Notes under the pieces: generated by a model
The model's input: only the letters and a program-made list of their open reading frames with translations
What the model was told of the DNA's origin: nothing
The model's database searches: none
Shown: positions 36,846 to 50,381 of the stretch, one piece after another
Position numbering within the stretch: position 1 is the stretch's first letter
Layout: each line of letters opens with the position of its first letter
DNA from: Octopus sinensis
Lineage: Eukaryota
NCBI RefSeq assembly: GCF_006345805.1
Contig: NW_021834009.1
Location: 1-56,536 of the forward strand
DNA: 56,536 nt
Direction: 5' to 3'
Made by a program: the position numbers and the translations under genes

Positions 36846-38136
36846 TGTTGAGAGAGAAAAACTGAAAATATGAGAGCGTATAAGGGAATAGATAAGTAGT
36901 TAGGTACACAGACAGACAGACAGATATAGAGAAAGATGGACAGACATGCCGATAGATAGATACATACATACATACACACATACACACATAAACACATAGA
37001 CAGATACATAATAACATTATACTCTAATAATATATGTAGAGTTCTTCATTAATGCATATTTGATTAAATGCTTGACTGAGAAGCCTTTCCTACATTCTAA
37101 CAAGCAATTGAGTTCGTATTGGCAGGATGTCTATTAATTTTCGTATCCTGTGAGAAAGGGGAAATGGTCGGCTGAGTTTTTCAGTTACTTCTATAGCTTT
37201 CTGGAGATTAACAGCGTATTGTCCTAGTGTTGATACGGTATTAGTACGATGGACTCAATAAACACATTTTACAGAGAATAAACATTCACTAAAAATTGAC
37301 TTTATATATAAAGGTTTTGTTGGAAAGGGTTTGGATTTTGTTTTAGTTAGTTTCTGCTTCTATATACATTCTTTTTTTTTCTGTTTTTGTTTTTTTTTTG
37401 TTTTTTTTTGCATAGTAATTTCAAGGCAGTTAGTGGGAGAGAAATGCAGATATTGATTATGTGGAGTAATGATTTAATGTTAGTGATGCTAGTTAGATAG
37501 CCTACTATTATTATTACTGTGTGTTTGCGTTATGCATGGAGAGTCTTCTGTGTGCGTGGCGTGTGTGTTTGTGTGTGTGTGTGTGTGTGGTGTGTGTGTT
37601 GTGCGTGGCTTTATTAATGAAAAAATGGCTTGGACATGTAAGATGCATTTGTGCTTGAGTGTATTTCACAACAGGCATTGAGTAGGGGTGTATGTAAAGG
37701 TATGCAAGCACACGCGCGCACACATACACACACACAACTACACACACACACACACACTCACGCAGGCACACATATATACACACACACCGAACCACGTTTG
37801 AGTGTACAATACTGGAAGTGCAGATTATATTTTCATCATATTTTTTTTTTATAATTTTGCATGTGTGTACATACGCACACACAAGCCAACAAACACTCAT
37901 ATGTGTGTGTATGTGTGAGTGTTCATAAAAATTATGCATACATATAGACATATACATATATAAATATAGATATACACACACACACACATATATATATGTA
38001 TGTGTGTGTGTGTGTGTATGTATGTATGCACATATGCATATGATATATATATGGGTATATAAATGAGTATATATATATATGAGTATATATACATACATAT
38101 AAATATATATATATATATATATATAATATATATAAA

Positions 38137-38167
<31 letters not shown>

Positions 38168-38639
38168 ATATATATATATATATGGGATTGTGTGTGTAAA
38201 TGAGTGATGGCGTGATTGTATCTGTTAAAACTACTTCTACACTTTCAGCTGCTGCTGTTGATGGTAATATTTATTTAAACTGTAGTAGTAGTAGTAGTAG
38301 TAGTAGTAGTTTCCTCTAGCCACTGCAACACCGCCCCCCACACATCTACCACAATTCCTACCACGACTATCGCATATTCTACTTCATCGTGTTCCACCTT
38401 CTATCATTGCTTTCCACATGATTTAATTTCGGTATTCTTTAAAGAAAAAAAAAAAAACCGACTCGTTTCATTTCCTGCCAGACATATGTTGGTTTTTTTT
38501 TGTGAGAGACTGAGACAAAGATATATATAGAGAGAGAGGGAGAGAGGGGAGAGACAGACAAGCAGACAAACTGACAGAGACAGAGAGAGACTGATTTTTA
38601 TTCGGTTGGTTAACTGGTGTTATTGTTACGGTAGTTATA

Positions 38640-40770
38640 ATGGTTGTTGTTGTTGTTGTTGTTGTTGATGCTATAGTGTGCAATTATTGTTGCTACAGCT
38701 GTAGCCTTTGTTGATGTTGTTTCTACTACTGTACTGTAGTTACTGTTGCTGCTGCTGCTGTTTTTATCATAGTTTGGTGTCGTTGTCGATGTTCTTTCAT
38801 CTGCTGCTGCTGCTGCTGCTGTTTGTGCTGAGGTGAAGTTGCAGTTAGTGGTGGATGTGGTGACGGTAGTTAAGTTAGTGTTGTTGCTGTTGCTAGTGTT
38901 CTATTGCTGTTTTTTTTTCTTCTATTATTGCAGCTGTTGCTGTTCTGGTAGTGAAACTTCAGTTAGTTTTGCTGCTGCTGGTGGTGGTGGTGGTGGTATT
39001 GTTGCTGCTGTTGTTGTTTGTGGTGGTTGTGGTGGTGATGGATGTAGTTTTGGTGGTGGTGGTAGTGTCGTTGTTGTCGTCGTGCTAGTGGTGGAGTGGT
39101 ATTGCAGTGGTTGTGGTGATGGTGGTGGTGATGATGGTGGTGGTGGTGGTGGTGGTGGTGGTGGTGGTGGTAGTTGTCGATGTTCTCGTCGTTGTCATCG
39201 TCGTTGTTTTTGTCGTCATGTAGGTGATGGTGGTGGTGATGGTGTGGTGGTGGTGGTGGTGTGGTGGTGTGGTGGTGATGGTGATGGTGGTAGTGCTGAT
39301 GGTAGACGAGTTCGTGTTGGGGAGGTTGTTGCTGTTGTTGCTCATGCAAACCTCTATAGTTAAAGGCGTTCTATCCGTAACCATCCCATCAGTTTCTGTA
39401 TATGCTTATGATATTCTATTTCTGAATGCAAGATGGAAGGGTGTAAACTAAGATAATTTGACTGCTAGTTCTAGCTAATTGAGCGACTATGTAGAGGTTA
39501 CTTGTTGCTCATGTAAATGATGATGATGATGATGATGGTTGTGGTGATGTGGTGGTGGTGGTAATTGTAACGGTGCTGATTGTAGTGAAGGCGAGGAAGA
39601 TGGTGGTGGCTGTATTTGTAGTGGTAGTAGTTCTGGTGGTGGTGGTGGTGGTGGTGCAGGTTGTACTGTTTGTGGTGCAGGTGATGCTGGTGGTGCTGGT
39701 GGTGCTAGTGGTAATGATGAGCGTGATGGTGGGGATGATGTTGCTGATGGTATTCTTGTTGATCTCGTGGTAGTTCTGTCGGTGGTGATGGTGGTGGTGA
39801 TGGTCGTCGTCGTCGTTGTGGTCGTTGATGTTTTTGTTGTTGTTGTTGTTGTTTGTGGTGGTGGTGGTGGTGGTGGTGGTGATGGTGGTGGTGGTGGTGA
39901 TGGTGGTGGTGATTGCGATGGTGGCGGTGGTGATGGTGGTGGTGGTAGAGCTTCTGTTGGTATTGGTGGTTGTTGGTAGTGGAAGTAGATAGTTGTAACG
40001 CCGGTTCTAGGAGTGAAGATGAAGATTGTGGCGATGGTCGATTGTGATGGTGGCGATGGTGGAAATGGTAATGATGATAATGCCAAGTCTGTTGATGGTA
40101 TGATAGGGATGATGACGATGGTGATGTTAGAAGTGGCTGTTGTGTTTGAAGTCAAGGTGGTAACTGAGGTGGCGTTGATGATTCTACTTGTTTTACGAGA
40201 TATTGATTATGGCAATAGCGACCGTAGGGAGTGGTATTCGTGCTATTGTTGTTGTTGTAGTTGTTGCTGTTGTTATTATTGGTGATGGTAATGGTACTGC
40301 TGCTGCTGCTACTGGCGATGGTAGTTGTGGTGGTGGTGGTGGTGGCGCCGGTGTTAATAGTAATGATATTAATAATGGTTGCCGTGGTATAGGTATTGTG
40401 GTGACGACGGTGGTAGTGGTGGGGCTTCGGGTAGTTGTATTGGTGGTGGTAGTGGTGGTAGTAGTTGTATTGTTAGCTGCGGCAATGGCGGTAACACTTG
40501 TGGTGGTAGTGGTGGTATGAGTGGCGTTTGGTGGTTGTTGTCCTGATGATGGTGGTTGTGGTGATGGAAGTGGTTGTTTTAGTAGTCACCTTAGTTGTGG
40601 CAGTGGTTGTATTGTTGGTGTTGGTGGTGGCTTTGTGAGTGATAGTGGCGTAGGTGTTAGTGGTAGTGGTGGTAACAACAGGGTTATGCCCAATGATCAG
40701 TTAGATAGGTGGGGTTGGCAGGTACCTATCAATTTATAGACGACTGGTTGTAAAATGTTCAACCACCACT
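38640..40770. repeat. ~2.1 kb degenerate (GGT/GTT/GAT/GCT)n cryptic trinucleotide region
   Basis: Directly visible. Interrupted by a non-simple fragment at ~39350-39490. Confidence 0.92.
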
Positions 40771-40836
40771 ACCACCCTCACACATGCACACAGATTCATA
40801 CGAGCACTCACACACAGACACACACACACACACACA

Positions 40837-40874
<38 letters not shown>

Positions 40875-41593
40875 GACGTTTCTATATTGCGTTTTGTATC
40901 AAACAAAACATAACACTTCATTCCCTTTCTGTATTTTTATTTCCTACAAGGAATAGAGAATGAAACTAAGAGTTAAAGGGAGAGAAGGCCAGATAGAGAA
41001 CGAGGGAAGGGTGGCAGGTAAAGACATAGCAATAAAGTAGTGGGAGTTAGAGATAGGGAGAGAGGGAAAGTTGTGAGTAGACAGAGAGAGAGGGAGGGGC
41101 GAGAGAGTGGTAGCGAAGGAGTTTAACAGCACGAATGGGTTTTCATAACAACCATGAAACTTCCTCATCATAGGTGTGTCATCTTTTAACATAACCTTAA
41201 AATGCTTTAATGTTCTTGCTTCCACTGTTTACTGTAGCGTTTGCTGTTGTTAGTGTTGTTTGTGGTCTTTGTTTTTAGTTTTGTTGATGTTGTTGCTCTT
41301 GATGTTATGCACTGTCTACATAGAAATGCCTGCATTCCACATACTCCATATTTCAAGCGCTAAGAATCATTGCAAGATTGAACGGTCGGCCATTTTATTG
41401 GTTAGTGTCAGAGCATCGAGTGCGTACATATCGGATCCTCTACGGCTGCTGCCAGACTCTGTACACTGCCATCGTGGTATTGTTTGGCATTTAATCTGCC
41501 GTCATGCACCGATTCTAAGTGCAAAACTCTAAGTGCAATGTTTTCTGTATATCAACTTGATGCAGCGGCAATGCAATACAAATATCAACTTAC

Positions 41594-41697
41594 GTATCAC
41601 TTCCCCATGGACATTAGCGATTTCTTTTTTATATTGAAGTAGGTTCTTTACTTGCTGTTGCTTAAGCTCCACGTCAATAGAAACGTATTTAAAGAAA
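41594..41697 (-). CDS. Best candidate internal coding exon (104 nt), product unknown
   Basis: attattttctatttcattaaag|T TTC TTT AAA...GTG ATA C|gtaagt. Peptide FFKYVSIDVELKQQQVKNLLQYKKEIANVHGEVI. An in-frame stop lies just upstream of the acceptor. Confidence 0.4.
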
Positions 41698-42296
41698 CTT
41701 TAATGAAATAGAAAATAATGTTGCTAAAAACTAACCAGTTCCTAAAAGATCATACATCATATTGATGCAGCTTTACAATTCAGATTTATAGTTTCTCTGA
41801 GAGTAATTCATTATTTTCGTATTCTTAACGTGCGGTTAAACGAAATTCCATGACCGTTCCCACAATCTATAAAATTTAAACGCCTCCATTTTTTTTTCAG
41901 GTGTTTGTGTTAGCGTTCCATTTCTACAATTAGTTAATAAAAGATTCATTTGCAAATAACATCTGTGTCTTCCGGTTCTATTAGAATATCGTTTTATATT
42001 AATGGTTATCTATTGTTGTTTTTTTAATTTTTATTTTTTCTCAATATAAATTTACAAATATAATGCAAATTTTACTTGTAGTACGGTAGTTATTGAATAA
42101 TTTAAATGTCTTGGTTCATTAATGCCCAGAAGTGTTTTGATATTGCTTAAAAAGTGAAGCAGTGACATTATACGTCAGTGACAAGAATTCATATTTAAAG
42201 CTTTTGTTTGTTTGTTTCTTAACACACACTACGGTTACGACTATTGTTAACGATTATTCTATACAATATGTATGCGGGCCCATCAAAATACTTAGA

Positions 42297-42710
42297 GGCA
42301 TTTCGTCCGTCTTTACGTCTTGAGCACAAATTACTCCTAGGTCGACTTTGCTTTTTATCCTTTCAAGGTGGATAAGCTAAATACCAATTGAACACGGGGG
42401 TCGATGTAATCGACTCTCTCTCTCTCTCTCTCCCTCTTTCTCTCTCTCTCTTCCCTGCTCTTGTGTCAAAATTTGAAACCAATATGTGTGCTAGCATATA
42501 TGCGGTGAGCTGGTAGAATTGTTAGCACGCCGCGAAAAATGCTTAGCGACACTTCCACCGTCTTTTACCTTCAGAGTTCAGATTCCACCCAGGTCGATTT
42601 TGCCTTTCATTCTTTTGCTGTAGAAGAAATAAATACCAGCAGAGCACTGGGGTCAGAGTAATAGACTTTCCTCCTCCTCGAAGCTGCTGGTCATGTACCA
42701 AAATTTGAAA
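42297..42710 (+). mobile_element. Two diverged SINE family A copies
   Basis: GGCATTTCGTCCGTC.. (42297) and GCGGTGAGCTGGTAGAATTGTTAGCACGCC.. (42502). Confidence 0.8.
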
Positions 42711-42814
42711 CAATATCTATGAGGACATGTACAATTCGACTTCTTCGTCAGCAACCGCTTACCACCTTCACTTATCCACAAGCACATTGCATATAAATGC
42801 AGTAATAGTATTTC

Positions 42815-43190
42815 TGATTTTAACACAAGGCCAGCAATTTTAGGCGGGGGTAAGTCGATTACATTGACCCCAGTTCTCGACTGAAACTTATTTTATCGAC
42901 CCCGAAAGGATGAAAGGCAAAGTGTACATCAGTGGCATTTGAACTCAGAATGTAAAGAGTTGCAAAGCATTTTCCCACCCGTTAACGATTTTGGCAGCTC
43001 GCCGCCTTTATATGCACGTTAATATTGTTTACAAATTTTGGAAAAAAGGTTAACAAGTTCGGGGGAGGAGTTATGTCGATTACATCGACCCCAGTACTAG
43101 ACTGGTACTTATTTTATCGACACCGAAAGGATAAAAGGCAAAGTCGACTTCGCCAGAATTTGAACTCAGAACGCAAAGACGGGAGCAATG
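42815..43190 (-). mobile_element. Two diverged SINE family A copies
   Basis: ACTTATTTTATCGAC.CCGAAAGGAT.AAAGGCAAAGT motifs at ~42885 and ~43105. Confidence 0.82.
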
Positions 43191-43204
43191 TAAATAATTT
43201 TTAG

Positions 43205-43373
43205 TCTTAACGTGGTCCGATTTGAATTTTATCTTCTACGGAATGAAGAACAAGCCTTCTTCTATCATACTCTCAATTTGGACCAATTTGCACCGCAGGG
43301 TTTCGGAGGAGATAGTGTTAGTTGAAGACTACCAAGCCTGCCACACACAGACAAGTTCAGCTTTATATATAGA
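43205..43373 (-). mobile_element. Helitron 5' end fragment
   Basis: Minus begins A|TCTATATATAAAGCTGAACTTGTCTGTGTGTG..CAAATTGGTCCAAATTG. No matching 3' CTAG end found. Confidence 0.6.
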
Positions 43374-43431
43374 TAGATTTAGCTTCTTTTTTTTTTACAT
43401 TGGCTAACATACCCTTCTTATTAAGATGGTA

Positions 43432-43755
43432 AATACCCCCTTCTGTTATGAATAACCATGGGATTGCACTTAGAAAGTTACCCTCCGAGGCACAAGTCCG
43501 GGCAAAGTTGTTTTATGGAAGACCAACAGTCACCCATGCACACCAGTCGTCCCTCTCCACGCAATCTCCATGAGAAAGGCAAATGCCGATACAGTTTGGT
43601 ACCTATGACATCGCAACTCATTTCTACAGCTGAGCGAATACAGCAACGTGAAATAAAATGAAGCGTCTAGTTCAAGAACAAATACACAGCCCGATCCGGG
43701 AATCGTACTCACTACCTCATGATTGTGATACCTGCGCTCTAACCACTTAGTCATA
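43432..43755 (-). mobile_element. SINE family D (tRNA head, CORE-like body, LINE-like tail)
   Basis: Minus: AAGTGGTTAGAGCGCAGG..GATTCCCGGATCGGG..CTTGAACTAG..CGCTCAGCTGTAGAAATGAGTTGCG. Confidence 0.75.
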
Positions 43756-44302
43756 GGATATTTGTCAGCTAGTACTAGCAGATTGAGCGATAGTTTAGAG
43801 GTTCCTTTATTGACAGATGCGTTCCATAATTTCCGTTATGGTGTTACCATTTTTGTTTTCTAGTTAGTTTCTTTGTTGGTGGGTACCAAGCAGCAGACCG
43901 TGTAGCGCCAGTTTTGCTATCCATTTCCATACATAATTCTAATAAAAATGAATACAATAAACATATATATTTTTTTTACAACATTAAGGTTATATTCTCA
44001 CCAGGGTTATCGTCCTAAATAGTGTGAATATTTACCTCGTATTATGCGTCGGTAGCAGCAAATATTTGCACCATAATATATATATATCAACGTCATCAAA
44101 TATTTACGCTGTAGATGACATTTGTAAACTTTATGGGTTTCCCCTGCAGACCTTCTCAACTCCGTTTCTATTATAATAATTCACACACACACACAAACAC
44201 ACACACATACAGACATACACACTCACTTATAGATAGATACATACATATATACATACAAGCATAGATATAGATATGTGTAATTTATACGTATATATATGTA
44301 TG

Positions 44303-44342
<40 letters not shown>

Positions 44343-44849
44343 CATACAAACACACACACATATAGACATAAACATACACGCACATGAATGTACACACGTA
44401 CATATGTATATTCGTATACAACTGTATTTATATGTGTATGTGTTTACATATATATTCATATATACATACACACACAGACACATATATAACATACATCTGT
44501 GTGTGTATATAGGGTATATACACAAAATACGACATTTGACATTCGTGTCGTATTGTCGTGATTTCAATGCAGAATTTGTCGTGGAACAAATGGTAAGAAA
44601 ATAGCTCGAAGTTAAGATATGCTTTAATCACAAATTGTTTATTTTTCATACACGTATGACCGTTAGAGGGCCTTTAAATGTCTCTTTATTTTGGGGGGGT
44701 GTATGTACGCGGGTGGGTTGAAAAGTTCATAGGCTGATTATGAAGGAGTGATGGGAGTGCTGTGAAATATTGCATCAATTTAATTCAACTCTCCTTAATA
44801 ATTGCATTGTTTTTCCCCATTAACTGTTCATTAGTGACTTCTCTTGAAA

Positions 44850-45843
44850 ATGGACAAAATTTGATATCGTGGTGTTCTCAAGTAACTGCAGGAAAAGGGT
44901 TTAGCCCCCAATGATATGGGGGCTAAACAAGGCTGACATTGTTGCCACAACAGGCGATGACGTTCCATCTTTATCAAGAATACAAAAGTGGGTAGCTGAA
45001 TTTAGGAGGGGAAGCGATAGCTTTGAAAATGGTCCATCGTCTGAACCTCCTGCAATTGCCATTACCGAGAAAAACATTGATTGTATTCACCACATTCTTT
45101 TTTCTGTAGTTTCAGCTCAGAGCTGCGGCCATTATGATGCACCGCCATTTAGTGAGTAATGGATGACAGACGATTGACTATAAATCAAATAGTCAATGCA
45201 ATTAACATATTCCGTGAGAGAGTTGAGAGGATTGTACACAATCAGCTCTGCGTGGTCAAGGTTTCTACTCATCATGACACCTGATCAAAAGCACACCAGG
45301 CTAATCCAATCATAGCAAAATCTCACATTGTTTGATGCAGATCCAACTAATTTCCATAAGTCTAACCCAAGATAAGTGTTTGGTTTATCACTTTGAATCA
45401 CAGATGGCCTCAGTATTTTGGGATCCAAAAGGTATTATGTTTATTAAATATCGTCCATGGAGAGTACTATGCCAACTTGCTGGAACATTTAGGAAAGCCT
45501 ATCAAGGCTAAACATTGTGGAAAACCGATGAAAAGGTTCTTGCTTCATCAAAGCAATGCTCCAGCACATAAGTCCTTGGTTTCAATGGCTGTTGTACGTA
45601 GTTGTGGCTTTGAATTGGTTGATCTCCCTCACTATTCTCTTAATTTGGTCCCATCAGACTACCATCTGTTGTCCAACATGAAAAATCACTTGGCTAGGAG
45701 GTAGCATCGCAGTGATGATGACGTCATATCTGCTGTTGATGACTTTCTTGACCAACAGGATGAAAGCTTCTTCAACAACGGGATCCAAGCACTGCAACAC
45801 CGATGGAAGAAGTGTGCGGACCACGAGGGTTACTATGTTGAAT
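44850..45843 (+). pseudogene. Mariner transposase pseudogene
   Basis: MDKI*YRGVLK*LQEKG..IQKWVAEFRRG..MDDRRLT..HQSNAPAH..LPHYSLNLVPSDYHL..GIQALQHRWKKCADHEGYYVE, with stops, frameshifts, deletions and a 65-bp insertion. Confidence 0.92.
45094..45158 (-). mobile_element. SINE family B 3' tip inserted in the mariner transposase
   Basis: Minus CTAAATGGCGGTGCATCATAATGGCCGCAGCTCTGAGCTGAAACTACAGAAAAAAGAAT resembles the SINE B tail and splits HH/MDDRR. Confidence 0.65.
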
Positions 45844-46170
45844 ATGTTTAAAAATAAACCTCAATAGGTAGGTAAGTAAGTAGGTAGGTTGGTAGGTAGA
45901 TAGGTATGTAGGTAGTGTTGCGCACGTACATACATGCATACAAACTACATACAAACATACATACATACCAACATACATATAAATATCATGCATATATATA
46001 TGTATATATATATAACGAACAAAACTCTCGGCCCATGAGTCACTCTGTTGCTTCTGCTAAATATTAATAAAAATACATATATACTCATATTTTCAGATCT
46101 ATTTTTCCTGTTTGCATCACCATATCTGTGTATACATACATATGTGTGTGTCTCTGTCTGTGTGTGTATA

Positions 46171-46210
<40 letters not shown>

Positions 46211-46587
46211 AAGGGTTAATTTTATTTATTAAAAATCAATAAATATTCACAGTATATTTGTTGAAGCTGCATTTTTTTTTGAGAACACACTCTACAGATG
46301 TAATTATTTACTATTTATAACTCTGTGACTATTTTTTGGATACGTTTTACAGCATTATTATACTTACATATATTCCTCTTTATTGGAATAGTAAAATGTG
46401 GTAGAGGAATAATAGAAGGACAACGCACAATACACTTTCTCAAAGAATAAAATATATTTGAAATATAAAAAAAAGAAATTTTTTCGTGGTTTATCTGTTC
46501 AGAAATTTGTAGAAATATTGAAATATTTTTGACGTTCGAATTAGACTGAAATTAAATTGGATTTTATGAGAATTTCTTTATATATAC

Positions 46588-46634
<47 letters not shown>

Positions 46635-46700
46635 TGTGTCTGTGTGTCTCTGTGTCTGTGGGTGTAGGAACACACACAAACACACACTCACACACACACA

Positions 46701-46745
<45 letters not shown>

Positions 46746-47769
46746 ATATATATATATATAGAATGACTTTATTCAGCAAAAGTTTGTAACATTCATTTAT
46801 GAAAATGTTATATAAGTATGTGTACATTCAGAGTTGAGCATGTGTGTGTGTGTGTGTAAATTTAAAAGCGCTCGTGTATATGTTTATATACGTGAGTGTA
46901 CGCTTGTCTTTATATATATTCATTCGTCTCTATTTCTGTCTTGACTTATTGTACATTACAAGCGAATATGCCAAAGGCAAATTTATAAAATTTGCCAAAT
47001 AACATGGAAACGGATGCGAACGACGTCTGTTCCAGGTTTTGCGATAAACATAGCTTTTTGCTGCGGTATGAAGCAATGCTAAACAAAGTAACTATTAGAC
47101 TATAAAATAAAGAAAATATACCAAACATTTGTAGCGAATCGTCTGAATTTAAAGAGGAACTATGATAATGAGTTTATTATAGGAAAGTTGGGTATATTTA
47201 CATCACAGATGTTGTGTAATCGTTCAAAAACGACCACCATTTAGGGAAGAAACTAGAAGTAACTTGAAAATTTCAAAGAATGAAGTGAATTAAGAATTAT
47301 ATAAGTGTGTTTCAAAGACATGAATGATAAAGGAAATTTACGAATAATTATTCTGCACATAGGAAAACAATAAATGTTAAAATTACTTTTAAAAAGCAAT
47401 AGTAAAAACCATTTATTAGTGTTCATATGCCAGGGTGGTGAAGGCGAGAATGGGGATGGTGGGGGAACAAAATGTATTTCTGTACTTAATGTGTTTCTCT
47501 AAATGTAAGTTCGAATCTTGCCGAAGACAATTTTGCCTTTCATTGCACCACGATTGGTGAAATGAGTAGAAATCAAATGAAATTTATTATTTTACTATGA
47601 TCATTTCCATTTCTGTGGCCATCTGTTATCTAGAAATTATTACATTCATAACAGCTTAGCTTTAGTCGCTACAAAGAAAGTTTGGTGAATCACTTCTAGT
47701 ACACTTTAATATCAAATGCAGGAAGCAGAACAAATACGCAAGGCGCAGATGATAATAATAATACTACCC

Positions 47770-48425
47770 CCTATAGGCACTAGACCTGTAATTTTGGGGG
47801 AAGGACTAGTGATTTCAATCCGGTGATTGACTGGTACAATGAAAGGATAAAGCTGGCCACAAAGGTATTGGATCAGAGCGGAAAGACGAACGAAATGCCG
47901 CAAAAAATTGTGTCCGGCAAGCTAACGATTCTCGCCGCTTTAAGGCCACCGCAGAGGAAACTGAACTCAGGACGTAAACAGCCTGAAGAAATGTAACTAG
48001 GCAATTTGTCCGACACGCTAACGGTTCTGCCAGCTTGTCGTCGTAGATAATATGATTTCAAATCTTGACACAAGGCCACCAATTTCGAGGGCAGGGTAAC
48101 TCGATTTTCAATCTCGTAAGGATGAAAGTTAAAGTCGACCTCGGCGGAATTTGAATTCAAAACGGACGAAATGCCGCGAAGCATTTTGTCCGGCGTGTTT
48201 ATGATTCTGTTAGCTCGTCGCCTTAGATAATATGAAATTAAACATTTCTGTCATAGGCACGGAGCTTGAAATTTTGGGTGAGGGTACCTAGTTGATTACA
48301 TCGACCCCAGTCCATAACTGGTACTTATTTTATCGAATGGATGAAAGACATGGTCGACCTTGGTAGACGAAATACCACGAAACATTTTGCTCGGTGAGCT
48401 GACGATTGTGTTAGCTCGCCACCTT
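47770..48425 (-). mobile_element. Cluster of 3-4 diverged SINE family A copies head-to-tail
   Basis: Recurrent CGAAAT(G/A)CC (47891, 48167, 48368) and CTCG(C/T)C(G/A)C heads. Confidence 0.75.
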
Positions 48426-49140
48426 ATATAATATTAAAATGATAATAAAGAAAATGTTAAGAAAATAAAGAAACCTGAAAAGGAAAAAAATCAAATTTTA
48501 GACTAATTATCCCTATAATAGCTATAAACTCTTTAATAGATAACACATTTCAAATTAGGTAAATTCTTTTTCTGGCTGAACGTTGAAATTCGAATAAAGC
48601 ATATTTTCTTCATTTAGAAAATTTATACTTATATATATCTAAAACTGTATTCGTGCAAAAGACAAAAAATATAAATTTTTAATGGCGTAAAGATATATGT
48701 AACTGTTTCAATCGCAACAAAAACTGGCTTCAAAAATATATTTTATAAATAGATCTATCCACTATTTTTGAAATAAAACAATATAAAATTGTCAGTAAAC
48801 TTTTTTAGATATAAACAGAAAAAAAGGCAATAAATAAAAACAAATGTTAGTTATAAATTATAAATTAAGAAATAATTATTAGCTCCGCTGAGAAGAAAGC
48901 CAGTAATATAACTAGCAAAATATTCTATTTATCAATGCCAATGCATACAGAATTATTAAGATTGAAAGACCGCTCTGAATCTATATAAAATTTCGACAAT
49001 AAAATTAGAAGTATTTTTAAGCGAGTATGCTATGAAGAAATTAACAAAATATCAATTAGAAAAAAACAAAACAATTGAAAATGAATAAATAGAATTACAT
49101 TTACGAAGATAAAGTTTTTAAAATGTGTAGATTTTATTGA

Positions 49141-49330
49141 CGGGATCACGTGACCGAGCAGGCTTTCAGATGTTGGTACACATCGCTAGTCACAATGCTT
49201 TTTTGCAGTTTTTTTAGCCATCAAATAATGCTAACCCGCTGGCTAGGCCAGCAGGCCAACTTTCTCCACTGATTGAAAGGCGGGGGTTGGAGCAACGTGA
49301 AATGAGGTTTTGTTCAAGAACACAACGCGC
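49141..49330 (-). mobile_element. SINE fragment (C-variant tail plus D/E core)
   Basis: Matches 10779-10850 and GAGCAACGTGAAATGAG..TTCAAGAACACAACGCG. Confidence 0.6.
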
Positions 49331-49389
49331 ACCTGCACTTTAATAAAAACAGTTTGATAACTAAAAATAAATGAAATTAATGAATACTC

Positions 49390-49420
<31 letters not shown>

Positions 49421-50381
49421 TACATATACACAAAGGGTTCTGCATAAATGTACACGCAAAGATACACATTCATATATATGTACATATGTAGATACACGTA
49501 CATGTATGCATAGATAGAGGCACATATATATGTATGCTCACACATATATATGTATACATGCACACACGCTCGCAGACTCAAGCGTGATCGCATTCAGCTA
49601 TGAACGTGTGCTTGTAAATATATATATATATATATATATACGTATATTTATAAAATGTATTCATGTATATATGCATGCAAGTACATACTTTTAAAATGCA
49701 TCTGTAATACATGTGTGTTCGATGTGTGTGTGTAGGTATGTGTGTATATACATGCATAAAAACAGAGAAGTTACACCATGCAAATGCATCTGTGTATTAG
49801 AACACACATATGCGCGCACATATTTCCGCACACACATCATACATACATACATACATACATACATAACATACATACATACATAACATACATACATACATAC
49901 ACATACATACATACATACATACATACATGCATATGTACATGCATACATGCATGCATGCACACGCACATACATACATACAGACAGACAGACAGACAGATAC
50001 AGGAACAGACAACTATAGAAACTAATAAAGAGTCATTTGTAATCTGAAAGATTAAACTCAAAGAAACAGAAGCGTAAGTAAGCACTTATTCAATTCAAGC
50101 AAACCTCACAAGCCTCACAAATGAAACAAAATCGCTCATAAAGACACCAGGCATAAAGACATACTATCTAGAGGGCGACTTCTGTTACTTAAGCGTGAGC
50201 ATGTAATTTTAAAAATCACGAAAATATAATTGAAGTAGATGATATATAACATGTCTCATCTTTGCAGCTGACTCTCATAAAAATACAAAAGTGAACAGTT
50301 TATGTTAAAATCGGATTTATGATAAGCATTCATTTATAAATCGTAGGCACGCATTTCATACGCTCCTATCATGTTAGTATT

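Larger units (their letters stand above)
44706..45865 (+). mobile_element. Decayed mariner (DD34D) transposon
   Basis: TA|CGCGGGTGGGTTGAAAAGTTCATAGGCTGA left TIR. The right TIR is not recognisable. Confidence 0.92.

Noticed and set aside
38963-40155. His-rich and Pro/Thr-rich ORFs resembling mucin/extensin or metal-binding proteins
   Set aside because: Frames shift freely within the cryptic triplet repeat, with no splice or domain support
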